Source of the DNA: a candidate division CSSED10-310 bacterium
Lineage (GTDB): Bacteria > CSSED10-310
DNA length: 64,000 bases
Direction of reading: 5' to 3'
NCBI GenBank assembly: GCA_016931515.1
Contig: JAFGEQ010000024.1
Location: 31,711-95,710, forward strand
Below, piece after piece: positions 47,932 through 57,483 of the stretch. Every line of letters starts with the position of its first letter. The first letter of the stretch is position 1. The position numbers were made by a program, and so were the translations under genes. The notes below the pieces were generated by a model. It was not told the DNA's origin. It saw only the letters and a list, made by a program, of their open reading frames with translations, and searched no databases.

Positions 47932-48936
47932 ATGACGATCACACAAATTATCAGTGGTAACAAGGATTCGAGTTGGAAAACGCGGTTGTTCTTGTTGATC
48001 ATCATGGTATTGGCGATCGGTCCGCAGATCACACACAGCTCAGACACCGTCATGGCAGTTGATACCGCAAAAACAATCGCTCCTGCTTTGCCGGACCATC
48101 CGAAAATCATTCCGTTCCAGCTCCAAAATGATCGGATCATCCTTCAGGCAGTGATCGGAGACTCGAAACCGATGAAATTGATTCTCGATACCGGCATGCA
48201 ATCCGACGGGATACTGGTTTACAATCCTGACATCCGGGATTCGATCACGATGATCGATCCGATCGGCGCTGATATCAGCGGTGCCGGTAAAGACGGTCCA
48301 GCCGGTGCGGTATTTTCGGATTCGATGGGTTTTCGGATTGCCGGCATCGAATTCCCGAACCACCGGATAATCATGCTCCAGAATGACAGCTTCCGCGGGT
48401 TCCCATCGGATGGAGTTGTCGGGTATTCGTTACTCGGGCATTACGCGGTGGAAGTGAACTACGACCGAAATGAGCTGCTGTTGCACGATTCAGACAAATT
48501 GACAGTAGATGCCTCGTGGACTGCCATCCCATTGTTTTTCAAGGAAAATAAAGTGCCATGGACCACCATCCGGATTGCTGTTGAAGACGAATCACCGGTT
48601 CTACTGGCCTGTTATATCGATTCCGCATCGAGGGAAACTATTGAATGCCTGACGAGACCCGGTTGCTCATTCAAGCTGCCGAAAAACCTGGAACCGGTTT
48701 ATCTGGGCAGAGGTTTGTCCGGAGATATTAACGGAAACAAAGGTAAAATAGGAAAGGTGATGATCGGTCCGCATGAGCTCCATGATATCGAGGCGGCATT
48801 TGTCCCAACCGAGCATCGATCGAAACAACCCGGTGCAGATGGTGTTATTGGTGGCGGATTATTGAAACACTTCAACGTGATCTACGATTATACACACCTG
48901 GTATTCTATCTAAAACCGCGCGAAACAGATCTCTGA
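47932..48936 (+). CDS. Membrane-anchored or secreted retropepsin-like aspartic protease (two-lobed)
   Basis: Signal/anchor 'RLFLLIIMVLAIG'. 'ILQAVIGDSKPMKLILDTGMQSDGILV' (DTG) and a second lobe 'LLACYIDSASRETI'. GGAGGA SD. Confidence 0.6.
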   Translation: MTITQIISGNKDSSWKTRLFLLIIMVLAIGPQITHSSDTVMAVDTAKTIAPALPDHPKIIPFQLQNDRIILQAVIGDSKPMKLILDTGMQSDGILVYNPDIRDSITMIDPIGADISGAGKDGPAGAVFSDSMGFRIAGIEFPNHRIIMLQNDSFRGFPSDGVVGYSLLGHYAVEVNYDRNELLLHDSDKLTVDASWTAIPLFFKENKVPWTTIRIAVEDESPVLLACYIDSASRETIECLTRPGCSFKLPKNLEPVYLGRGLSGDINGNKGKIGKVMIGPHELHDIEAAFVPTEHRSKQPGADGVIGGGLLKHFNVIYDYTHLVFYLKPRETDL

Positions 48937-48986
48937 GATAATCCGCTGTTTCTCATGACGCCCAAGCCCTAAATATTTTTACATTC

Positions 48987-49015
48987 TTGAAGACAGTCTC
49001 CAATCCATCTAGAAT
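48987..49015 (+). promoter_or_regulatory. Sigma-70-type promoter candidate giving a leaderless kinase transcript
   Basis: TTGAAG (48987-48992), 17-nt spacer, TAGAAT (49010-49015). The ATG at 49022 lies 6 nt after the -10 and has no SD. Confidence 0.4.
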
Positions 49016-49021
49016 CAAGTC

Positions 49022-52000
49022 ATGATCAATGTCGCTCACATCGACAGATTCAAAGTTATCAAAGTGATCGGCCAGGGTGGTCAGGGCGAAGTCATTCACG
49101 TGCGGGACACCGACCAGACGGATTACGCTTTGAAATGGCTGTTACCCTACGTGGTCAACCAGGGTTCGACCGACCGTTTTCTCCGGGAATTCCAGTCGAT
49201 CAGAGCGTTATCTCATCCGAATGTGATCAGGGTGTTTGAGCAGGGTCAATTCCTGAACCGGCCTTATTTTACAATGGAACTCGTCTCCGGGGAAAACCTT
49301 GAGCAATTCATCGACAAGGAAAAAAACTTCGATGTGTATTACGATATTCTGATCCAGATCAGCAGTGCTCTTGGCTTCATCCATGATCATCGCCTGGTCC
49401 ATCGGGATATAAAACCGTCCAATGTCTTGGTTGACTCAAAAGGTTTTATCAAATTGATGGATTTCGGACTGGTGAAAAACCTGGATGCATCCATTCAATT
49501 AACCCAGGTGGACAAATTCTTCGGAACAATGAGTTATGCATCTCCTGAACAACTTCTGGGAGAAAAAGTCGATTATCGCAGTGACTTGTATTCATTGGGA
49601 ATCCTGATTTACCGGATGTTTAGTTCCAGATTGCCTTTTCATGGCGAATCCATGGTAGCCATCATCACAAAGCATTTGAGTGTCGTTCCCAAACCTCTTA
49701 AAGAGATTGTGCCTAACTGCTCACCCGTATTATCGGACCTTTGTGACCGTCTTCTGATGAAATCTCCATTGGATAGAACCCTGACGGCAGCCGATGTTGC
49801 GGCAACCATCCGAACAATCAATTCCGGGAAGAAAATATCAGTCCGGCAGCCGACTCTCGTTCGGGACCGGTCGATTCATCGTCTTCAGCTTCGATTTCAC
49901 GGGCGTGACCGTGAACTTCAATCTCTCCTGAGATCGCTCGATCAAACCGGCAACTTTTCCATTCAGCTGATTTGCGGAGAACAGGGTATCGGGAAATCGC
50001 GTCTGGTTAACGAGGCGGTTCGTGAATCGCTGATAGCAGGCAACCACCGAAAAGTAATTCGATGCTCCGGGCAATCCAGACAGCAGGACAATAATCGTAG
50101 CTCATTTTTCCATTTCATTGCCAACGAGATCGAAGCGCACATTGACAAACTCGGTGATCTCAAAGGGATACTCCCGGAGATCGCACCGCTTCATCCGGCT
50201 TTCCAACGATTCGATCCGACTCATTCTGCCCCGGACCCTTCCCCCGGAAGAGGCGGTTTCCGGTATAAAATTCGGTATCTGAGCGCTCTGGTTGCCCAGT
50301 TAACCCAGGCGGTGCCCTGGCACATCATCTGGGAAGACCTGCACCAGGCGAATGCATTTGAGATCGAGTGTCTGTCCGATCTGATCGACCTGAGTTATCA
50401 TCAGCCTGTACAGTGTTGTATTTGGGCGACTATCCGAACGGATGATTTTATAACCTCTCAGGATTTCAATGCCTTCGTTGCAGATTTCCAACCCGAGAAT
50501 CACTCTGACAGCATCATCCTGAAACCACTGGAATCGGTGGATGCCCAAATTATCATAGCATCAGTTATCAACATGCCCCGCGATGCCGGTATTGTGAATC
50601 AGATCGTCGAGTATTGCCAGGGGAACCCGTCTATCCTGCTGCAGACGATCCAGCACTGGATCGACAACGGCAATCTGATTGACAAAGACGGGCACATCTC
50701 TTTTGCCCACTCAACGGACAGCCGGGAAACAGTCGGTCCGATCGGACTGCAGGATATCGCACGGCAACGCCTGTCAACGTTGTCAAAAGAATCGCTGGAG
50801 CTGTTGACATGGATTGCCACACTTGATCAGGACGCTTATCTGGAAGTCATCCGGCACGGGTTGCAGTTTGCTGAGAAGGAGCTGATGAAACGTCTGAATG
50901 ACATGCTTTTTCATAGCTTTATAACATCGCACACAGATTCAGCAGGTGAGCGTTATACTGTAAGCAACCCAGTTCTGAAATCGATGATTCTCACAAATGC
51001 CGGTTCAGACAGAATACGGGGTATTCATGCTGAAACGGTCGGGATCATGGAACTTCTCGGAGGACACTACGCAAACCCGGTGCTTCTGAGCAGGCATCAG
51101 GAAAAAGCGGGAGAGATCGAGAACTCCTGTAAGAGTTATTATAAAGCCGCATCGGATGCCTATTCAAACAATCAACTGCTTGCAGCGCACGATTTAATGA
51201 GCAATGCCCATCGCCTTCTTCAGTCCATATCCATGGATTCAAAGGCGAATCAGCTGCTCAAAATCCGTGTATTGATTTTATACAGCAAAATTTTACTCAA
51301 CACCGGAACAATGGATGAGAATCAGCGACTCATTCCGGAGTTAAAAGACCTGTTGCAATCGATCCGTGATGTGTCAATGAAAAGTGATATTTACCATTTT
51401 GCGATCACCACATTGACCTATAGTTTCAAGTTTGATGAATCGAAGCGATGGCTTCAGGAATTTGAAACAGTCTTGCAGATGGAATCAGTGGAAAAGGGTG
51501 CCCGTTATTTTCAATTGCATGCCATGCTGAGTTTTTTTGAGCGGGATTATGACGAAGCCAACAGAAACTGGAAAAAAGCGCTTATCATCCGGAAAAGTAC
51601 AGGCGCACCTCCTGAGGAACTGGCTAATAGCCTGTTCATGCTGGCAAAGACACTCACCGCGACCGGACGCTATAAAGCATCCTTGCAGCTTCTTCGACAC
51701 GCATTCAAACTGATTCCGAAAGGCTATTCCCTGAGAACTCAAGCCATGCTGCTATCGGAAATGGGTAATGTCGCGTTCTACCAGAATCAAACCAAAACCG
51801 CGCTCAGTTATCTGGAAAGATCACGATCAATCAATGATACTTTGGGACTGAAATATTCCAAAGCATGCAATCTGCATGATCTCGCCCTCTGCCATCATCA
51901 ATTCGGAAATCTCAGCGAAGCCATCAAGTTGTGTTCGGAAGGTCTTGCAATTTTTCGCATACTGAAAACACCGCGGGAAAATGCTATGGGAACCATTACC

Positions 52001-52723
52001 GCGATCAACCTGGCTTTTGCAAATGGAGATTATGGAGGTGCAAGCAAGGAATGGAGCATCATTACGGGAATGTTCGGAGAGGACCTGTATTTCGATCGCT
52101 ATCCTTATCTCGCATGGCTTCATCACCGGACAATAAGTATGATTGCTGATCGTGAAACAAGGCGAAAGCTCTTGGGCAAACTGATCGGAATTCTCCGCCA
52201 CCTGACGGACATTGATTGGAAAGAGACCATCTGGCTGATGATCATGCATGAACGGATGGCCCGGAATCAATTGATAGCAGCAGAGCGAATCTGCCGAAGG
52301 GTGTCCCGAGCCCCCTCATCCATTCTGAATTACATGCCGTTCCGATTACAGCATGTCATACTTAAAATTTACAACGAACCTGACCGTGATCACCTCAGTA
52401 TGCTTGATGAATCCTTTCTGACTGAAATGGATCAGGTTACAGCGATGAAGGTCGAACGATCCTGTCTGATTGGAATTTTAAGCATGAAAACATCGGACGA
52501 TGATTATGCAGACATTCTAAAATCAATCGAAACAATGCCCGGGCCGCCGGCACAAATATGGACACTGAGCGTCCTGGCATATGCACTTGAGCGTCTGGGT
52601 AAAACTGAAGCGGCTGCTGATGTACGCCGGATTGAGCAATCCGCCCGAATCAGAATGGCGTCGGAACTGCCGGAGGATGCGAAACGGGAGTTTTTATCAC
52701 GGAAGGTAATAATCCGGATTTAA
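49022..52723 (+). CDS. Ser/Thr protein kinase fused to an AAA_16/STAND-type ATPase and a long TPR-like helical repeat region
   Basis: 'IGQGGQGEV', 'YALKWL', 'HRDIKPSNVLV', 'DFGL', 'SYASPEQ'. P-loop 'CGEQGIGKSRLV' (49976-49999 region). TPR-like repeats over the C-terminal ~600 aa. Confidence 0.85.
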   Translation: MINVAHIDRFKVIKVIGQGGQGEVIHVRDTDQTDYALKWLLPYVVNQGSTDRFLREFQSIRALSHPNVIRVFEQGQFLNRPYFTMELVSGENLEQFIDKEKNFDVYYDILIQISSALGFIHDHRLVHRDIKPSNVLVDSKGFIKLMDFGLVKNLDASIQLTQVDKFFGTMSYASPEQLLGEKVDYRSDLYSLGILIYRMFSSRLPFHGESMVAIITKHLSVVPKPLKEIVPNCSPVLSDLCDRLLMKSPLDRTLTAADVAATIRTINSGKKISVRQPTLVRDRSIHRLQLRFHGRDRELQSLLRSLDQTGNFSIQLICGEQGIGKSRLVNEAVRESLIAGNHRKVIRCSGQSRQQDNNRSSFFHFIANEIEAHIDKLGDLKGILPEIAPLHPAFQRFDPTHSAPDPSPGRGGFRYKIRYLSALVAQLTQAVPWHIIWEDLHQANAFEIECLSDLIDLSYHQPVQCCIWATIRTDDFITSQDFNAFVADFQPENHSDSIILKPLESVDAQIIIASVINMPRDAGIVNQIVEYCQGNPSILLQTIQHWIDNGNLIDKDGHISFAHSTDSRETVGPIGLQDIARQRLSTLSKESLELLTWIATLDQDAYLEVIRHGLQFAEKELMKRLNDMLFHSFITSHTDSAGERYTVSNPVLKSMILTNAGSDRIRGIHAETVGIMELLGGHYANPVLLSRHQEKAGEIENSCKSYYKAASDAYSNNQLLAAHDLMSNAHRLLQSISMDSKANQLLKIRVLILYSKILLNTGTMDENQRLIPELKDLLQSIRDVSMKSDIYHFAITTLTYSFKFDESKRWLQEFETVLQMESVEKGARYFQLHAMLSFFERDYDEANRNWKKALIIRKSTGAPPEELANSLFMLAKTLTATGRYKASLQLLRHAFKLIPKGYSLRTQAMLLSEMGNVAFYQNQTKTALSYLERSRSINDTLGLKYSKACNLHDLALCHHQFGNLSEAIKLCSEGLAIFRILKTPRENAMGTITAINLAFANGDYGGASKEWSIITGMFGEDLYFDRYPYLAWLHHRTISMIADRETRRKLLGKLIGILRHLTDIDWKETIWLMIMHERMARNQLIAAERICRRVSRAPSSILNYMPFRLQHVILKIYNEPDRDHLSMLDESFLTEMDQVTAMKVERSCLIGILSMKTSDDDYADILKSIETMPGPPAQIWTLSVLAYALERLGKTEAAADVRRIEQSARIRMASELPEDAKREFLSRKVIIRI

Positions 52724-52895
52724 AGCAAAGGAATGGCCGGGATAAGTCCGGATCCAATCATATTTTTCTGAGCAACATGACTATATCGATACAGGATCCA
52801 GCATGAAAAATGGTAACAATGAAACCGGAACCGGGATGTCGCTCCACAGGCCGGATTCCGACACTGGAGCCGGGTTTCCAGATCCAGTCCTGTAG

Positions 52896-53270
52896 TTGAC
52901 CGGTGACTGGATATCGCGGCAGGACGATAGTTTTACAATTGAATCATGGTCCCGGATCAGCCCCTCCACTCTGGAGGGTACAGGCCGGACTGAGAAGATT
53001 GATGAACCACAGACGATATCATCCGAATCACTTCGCATTGTAATCATGTCGGGTATAGTATTCTATATTGCCAAGGTTGCGCACAACGAGCTTCCGGTGG
53101 CATTCCGGTTGACCGAAGCATCGTCGGACACGCTCATTTTCGAAAATCCGGCGCATGACTTTCCAACCAGGATATCTTATACTTTCACTAACAAGGATCG
53201 GCTCTCCGTCCGGGTCAGTGCGGGTGATCGCGGATTTGTTCTTGAATTTACGCGGATGAAAGCCGAATAG
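52896..53270 (+). CDS. Small DUF6265-like protein
   Basis: 'TGDWISRQDDSFTIESW...VFYIAKVAHNELPVAFRL...LIFENPAHDFPTRISYTF'. Only a TTG start is available, no SD, and an in-frame TAG lies immediately upstream. Confidence 0.4.
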   Translation: MTGDWISRQDDSFTIESWSRISPSTLEGTGRTEKIDEPQTISSESLRIVIMSGIVFYIAKVAHNELPVAFRLTEASSDTLIFENPAHDFPTRISYTFTNKDRLSVRVSAGDRGFVLEFTRMKAE

Positions 53271-53289
53271 AGATTATGAAAGGGACCCT

Positions 53290-53685
53290 GTGAATTCAAC
53301 AATGCGTGACAGGTTGATTGCAGCGGCGAAGAATGCCGCCGGGAATGCTTATGCACCATACTCCAAGTACCGGGTTGGAGCAGCAGTGCTGGCTGAAAAC
53401 GGAGAGATCTACAGTGGCTGCAACGTGGAGAACTCATCGTATGGATTGACGATCTGCGCCGAGAGGGTCGCGTTGTTTGGAGCACGATGCGCCGGTGCGA
53501 CGAAGTGGATTGCATTGGCTATCTATGCCCCTCAGCCGCCTGTACCTCTCCCCTGCGGTGCCTGCCGGCAGGTGATGGCGGAAGGCGGCAATGCACCGCT
53601 GGTGATCGTAGTCGGCCACGATGATACGATCCGTGAATTCGCCTTCAAGGAAATTTTGCCGCACTCATTCGATATGACGATGTGA
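53290..53685 (+). CDS. cdd: Cytidine deaminase (homotetrameric type)
   Basis: 'AYAPYSKYRVGAAVL', 'CAERVALF' (CAE) and 'PCGACRQVM' (PCxxC). Confidence 0.85.
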   Translation: MNSTMRDRLIAAAKNAAGNAYAPYSKYRVGAAVLAENGEIYSGCNVENSSYGLTICAERVALFGARCAGATKWIALAIYAPQPPVPLPCGACRQVMAEGGNAPLVIVVGHDDTIREFAFKEILPHSFDMTM

Positions 53686-54390
53686 ATCATCGAATATCCC
53701 GGCAACGCCGAGCCATTGCGGCAGCGACTCCCACAGTATTTTCATGACACGGCGTGTTCCCTCAACATAGATGCCTTTATTGTCATATGCTTCGCCACCG
53801 CTCATCCCTACGATGTCCGATACTCCCTTCAGAATCAGGCATCGCGTATTATTGCGCTGGGCAACAAAAGCGATTGCTCCGGATTCCCAATCACCGGCGA
53901 TCGCTCCGAATCGGGCAGCCAGTGACGGTATTTCCTCCACATCCAGATCCCTGTCGGCTGATACGAGAATGGTTTGCTTCACCCGGATCGGGTAGGGTTC
54001 CCGAACCCACGAGAGATCGAGTTTCGTCGTGTATTGAGCCAGGTGTTCATCGGGATCGCCCATTTTTTCGTAAATGTCGTAGACGAGAGTTTTTCCTGCC
54101 ATCAGAATATCTCCCCTGTCAACCTTCCCCTCAAATCCGCCACAGGTGCCTATATTGATCAGGACCGACGGATGCCATGTGTCGATAGCATATTGCGTAG
54201 AGGCAGCCGCCGAGATTTTCCCCCAACCTCCATGAAGGATGATGATCTCCACGATACGTTCATCCCTGACAAGCGGATAAGCAAACCATTCTCCGAATGG
54301 AGATTGACTCAACCGAATATCCCGAGGAATCATCTCCAGCAGAATTCTCCATTCGGTGTTAGCGGACACTAAAACAACAGCCATACTCAT
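53665..54390 (-). CDS. MTA/SAH nucleosidase-family (PNP_UDP_1) nucleoside hydrolase
   Basis: 'HGGWGKISAAASTQ', 'NIGTCGGF', 'GDWESGAIAFV', 'LKGVSD'. Confidence 0.7.
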   Translation of the reverse strand: MSMAVVLVSANTEWRILLEMIPRDIRLSQSPFGEWFAYPLVRDERIVEIIILHGGWGKISAAASTQYAIDTWHPSVLINIGTCGGFEGKVDRGDILMAGKTLVYDIYEKMGDPDEHLAQYTTKLDLSWVREPYPIRVKQTILVSADRDLDVEEIPSLAARFGAIAGDWESGAIAFVAQRNNTRCLILKGVSDIVGMSGGEAYDNKGIYVEGTRRVMKILWESLPQWLGVAGIFDDSHRHIE

Positions 54391-54671
54391 TGAACTATAC
54401 CCCTTGAGTTGTCAGCGCTGTGCCGGTAAGCCGGTCACGGGTGATTTCAATCTGTTTTTCCCGCACATCGAACCGGGAATGGACTTTATCGGACAGATCG
54501 ACTCGCTGCAAATCAGCGTGACGGATGCGATTCGGCTCGGATCAAGTATCTTTTTCACGGTATAGTGCGCCGGTACCTATTTCTTGGTTCAATTTTCATG
54601 TGATACAATTCAAATGTGAATCTGCCTGTAATCGATGAAACAAGGTTTTTTTAATACCGGGAGACGTCGTG

Positions 54672-55418
54672 ATGCCGGAAATGATGGAAATCTATAAAAA
54701 ACATGCGTCAGAATATGATGAACTGGTCCGTGCGGAGGATTATCGAGGGCATTTGAGGTCGTTTCTCAGGCAAACGATCGATTGGAACGGCAAAATCATT
54801 TGCGAAGCGGGAATCGGAACAGGGCGTGTCACACGATTCTACATAGATCTCGCCCGTCGCGTGTACGGTTTCGATCGGGAACTGCACATGCTGGATCGAT
54901 GCCGGCGAAATTTGAGTGATTACAGGGACAAACTCGTTCTGGAAACCGGTCTGAATGAAAAACAGATATCGATTCCCGAACCTGCGGATATTTTTGTTGA
55001 AGGATGGAGTTTCGGTCATACGATTTCGGAACGGCACCATGAGATCGTGAGCTTTTTGCCGGCATTATTGAATCGGGTTCAGTCACTGCTTCGGAGAACC
55101 GGTACGATCATTCTGATCGAAACACTCGGAACGAATGTATCCTATCCGGTTCCACCAACAAAAGAGCTGGTTGATTTCTACCGGTTGCTGGAGGAGCGGC
55201 ATGGTTTTCAAAGACATGTCATTGAAACGGACTACCGTTTCGGTTCCCGTGATGAAGCTGCCAGGGTCATGGGATTTTTCTTCGGCGATGAGATGCGTTA
55301 TTCTGTTAAATCGGGTGGACAATCGATCATACTGGAATATACCGGTGTCTGGATAAAACGATTAAGCAAAGGAGACAAAAATGGACATCAGCGCGTTGAT
55401 CATTCAGATGCAGTATAA
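54672..55418 (+). CDS. Class I SAM-dependent methyltransferase
   Basis: Motif I 'ICEAGIGTGRVT'. The GGGAGA SD favours ATG 54672 over GTG 54669. Confidence 0.7.
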   Translation: MPEMMEIYKKHASEYDELVRAEDYRGHLRSFLRQTIDWNGKIICEAGIGTGRVTRFYIDLARRVYGFDRELHMLDRCRRNLSDYRDKLVLETGLNEKQISIPEPADIFVEGWSFGHTISERHHEIVSFLPALLNRVQSLLRRTGTIILIETLGTNVSYPVPPTKELVDFYRLLEERHGFQRHVIETDYRFGSRDEAARVMGFFFGDEMRYSVKSGGQSIILEYTGVWIKRLSKGDKNGHQRVDHSDAV

Positions 55419-55869
55419 TGGCTGGATTCTGGAGGCCAACAGTGCCGGAGTCACAGATGAAGAAAGCGTGAAGAAGCTGGAGCCCGGCGGTAACAGTTAT
55501 AATTGGATTGTCGGGCACATTCTGGCGACACGAAACATCATTCTGAAGCTGCTCGGGAAGGATCCTGTGTGGAACCCGGCGCTGGAAAAACGATACACAC
55601 GCGGCTCTGCAAATATAACATCCCTGAACGACGCCTGTTCTCTTCAGCTCATGCTGTCTGATCTGAAGAAATCAACGGGCTCGATTGTTCAGGGAATGCG
55701 GACGGTGACTCCGGAAACCCTGGCTGCAAAGGCTCCCTTCAGCCCCGGTAATGAACCGGATGAAACGATTGCCTCCCTTCTGGCAATGCTGGTTTTCCAT
55801 GAATCCTATCATGCCGGTCAGACGGGCATCGTCCGGCGACTGCTCGGAAAGAGCGGCGCGATTCCCTGA
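55381..55869 (+). CDS. DinB-family (DinB_2) metal-dependent four-helix-bundle protein
   Basis: 'WIVGHIL', 'FHESYHAGQ'. AAGGAG SD. 38-nt overlap with the methyltransferase. Confidence 0.75.
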   Translation: MDISALIIQMQYNGWILEANSAGVTDEESVKKLEPGGNSYNWIVGHILATRNIILKLLGKDPVWNPALEKRYTRGSANITSLNDACSLQLMLSDLKKSTGSIVQGMRTVTPETLAAKAPFSPGNEPDETIASLLAMLVFHESYHAGQTGIVRRLLGKSGAIP

Positions 55870-55914
55870 TCCTGTCTGTCAGAATTGAAATGCTCTATTC
55901 TTTCAGCGGTCCCG

Positions 55915-56604
55915 TCACCGTCCATTATATATCGCTGAATACAACTCCCGAGCCGCTGATTCCGGGTCTTCGGCGGCACAGATCGCGGAGACGACGGCGA
56001 TCGCGTCCGCGCCCGCTGCGATAACGTCAGATGCATTCCGCACATTAATGCCGCCAATAGCCACCAGTGGATGACGGGATGTCCGGCGTATCCACCGAAG
56101 TCCATCCAATCCCCATGTCGCGATCGTATCCGTTTTGGTCGGAGTCGAAAATACCGGGCTGACTCCAAGATAATCGACATTCCAGTGTTCCGACTCCAGC
56201 ACCTGCTCGACGGACTCCACCGACAATCCGATGATCGCGTCCGCGCCCAACAATCGTCGTGCATCCGGATATTCCATATCACTCTGACCGATATGCACGC
56301 CGTCGGCTCCCGCTGCCAGCGCCACATCCACCCGGTCGTTGATCAGCAACCGCACTCCCGTACCCTCCAACAGATTCCTTATGCGACAAGCCAGCGCAAT
56401 AAACTCACGGGTCGCACATGTTTTCTCCCGAAGTTGCACCACGCCGACACCTCCGCGAACAGCGGCCGATACCAGGGACTCCATCGTCCGGTGTCCGAGC
56501 ATCTCGCTGTCAGTCACCAGATACAGTGCCCGGTTGCTCAGCTTTCCGTCTTCTCCACGGAATCGATTTCCCCGCTGTTTCAAATCACTGATCCCCAGAT
56601 CCAT
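55915..56604 (-). CDS. thiE: Thiamine-phosphate synthase
   Basis: 'LYLVTD', 'VVQLREK', 'LLINDRVDVALAAGADGVHIGQSD', 'YLGVSPVFSTPTK', 'LVAIGGI'. Confidence 0.9.
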   Translation of the reverse strand: MDLGISDLKQRGNRFRGEDGKLSNRALYLVTDSEMLGHRTMESLVSAAVRGGVGVVQLREKTCATREFIALACRIRNLLEGTGVRLLINDRVDVALAAGADGVHIGQSDMEYPDARRLLGADAIIGLSVESVEQVLESEHWNVDYLGVSPVFSTPTKTDTIATWGLDGLRWIRRTSRHPLVAIGGINVRNASDVIAAGADAIAVVSAICAAEDPESAARELYSAIYNGR

Positions 56605-56667
56605 TTCAATCTCTCGTTTTTATCTGTCCGGGAGCCAATTTCCTGCTTCCGGTCAACGGTTTCCGGC

Positions 56668-57483
56668 TCAGGTCTCGTCCACCCGGATCCGATACCGGAT
56701 ATCCGCTTCCGTCAAACCGTAAAGAGAATCCAGAAAATGAAGCTGCAGCGTTCCCGGTCCCGCCGCCTTTTCCGCCGCGATTTCGCCGGCAATGCCCATG
56801 ACCGCCATGCCATGGACCGCTGCATCGAACCGGTCGGGATTCACCGCTGCAAAAGCGCCGGTCAATGCTGCAGCCGTGCAACCCAATCCTGTCACACGGG
56901 GCATCATCGGATGCCCGTTCAGCACCCGGGTGAACCGGGTTTCCGATACGACAAGATCCTTTTCGCCACTGACGCTGACCACACAATGATGCAGAATTGC
57001 AAGCTGCCGGGCGGCATCGAAAGCCGAGTCGCTGCTGTCGGTGCTGTCGACCCCTTTCGTACCGGCGCCGGTTATGCGCAGCGCTCTGATTTCACTGGCG
57101 TTGCCCCGAATAATCGCCACAGGTGCCGTGTTGAGAAGTTCATGGACCGTCCGGGTTCGGAGCGCAGTCGCTCCCGCACCGACCGGATCCAGCACAACCG
57201 GGACATTCCGCCGGTGAGCCGCCGTCATCGCCTTCTTCATGGAGGCGATCCAGGGGTCACTCAGCGTACCGATGTTGATCACAAGCGCGCTCGCGATTCC
57301 GACCATGTCCTCGACTTCCCCGTCCGCATGGGCCATCACCGGAGACGCTCCCAGGGCCAGCAGTGCATTGGCAGTCGTGTTCATGACCACGTAATTGGTA
57401 ATGTTGTGAACAACCGGCGATGTCCGCCGGATAGTAACGATGTCATTCCACACATTTTGAGCCGTCATGGTACCTCCCTTCAT
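56668..57483 (-). CDS. thiM: Hydroxyethylthiazole kinase
   Basis: 'VHNITNYVVMNTTANALLALGASPVMAH', 'VVLDPVGAGAT', 'RVTGLGCTAAAL'. Confidence 0.9.
   Translation of the reverse strand: MKGGTMTAQNVWNDIVTIRRTSPVVHNITNYVVMNTTANALLALGASPVMAHADGEVEDMVGIASALVINIGTLSDPWIASMKKAMTAAHRRNVPVVLDPVGAGATALRTRTVHELLNTAPVAIIRGNASEIRALRITGAGTKGVDSTDSSDSAFDAARQLAILHHCVVSVSGEKDLVVSETRFTRVLNGHPMMPRVTGLGCTAAALTGAFAAVNPDRFDAAVHGMAVMGIAGEIAAEKAAGPGTLQLHFLDSLYGLTEADIRYRIRVDET

Noticed and set aside
49022-52723. The kinase-STAND-TPR protein, considered as an Avs/AVAST-type antiphage sensor
   Set aside because: The Pkinase + AAA_16 + TPR architecture is a widespread signalling type. I see no nuclease, protease or TIR effector domain and no defence-island context. 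It is kept only as a low-interest context observation.
52803-52898. An in-frame TAG between a short upstream ORF (MKNGNNETGTG...) and the DUF6265-like ORF, considered as possible recoding or a pseudogene
   Set aside because: The upstream 31 codons have no signal peptide and no similarity to the family N-terminus. The conserved domain begins right after the TAG, and every other gene in the window terminates normally under the standard code. A short TTG-initiated protein is the simpler reading, though the start remains uncertain.
54417-54566. A 49-codon minus-strand GTG ORF (VKKILDPSRIASVTLICSESICPIK...) in the 278-bp divergent gap
   Set aside because: It has no SD and no recognisable family, and it lies in a promoter region. 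The evidence is not sufficient to call a gene.
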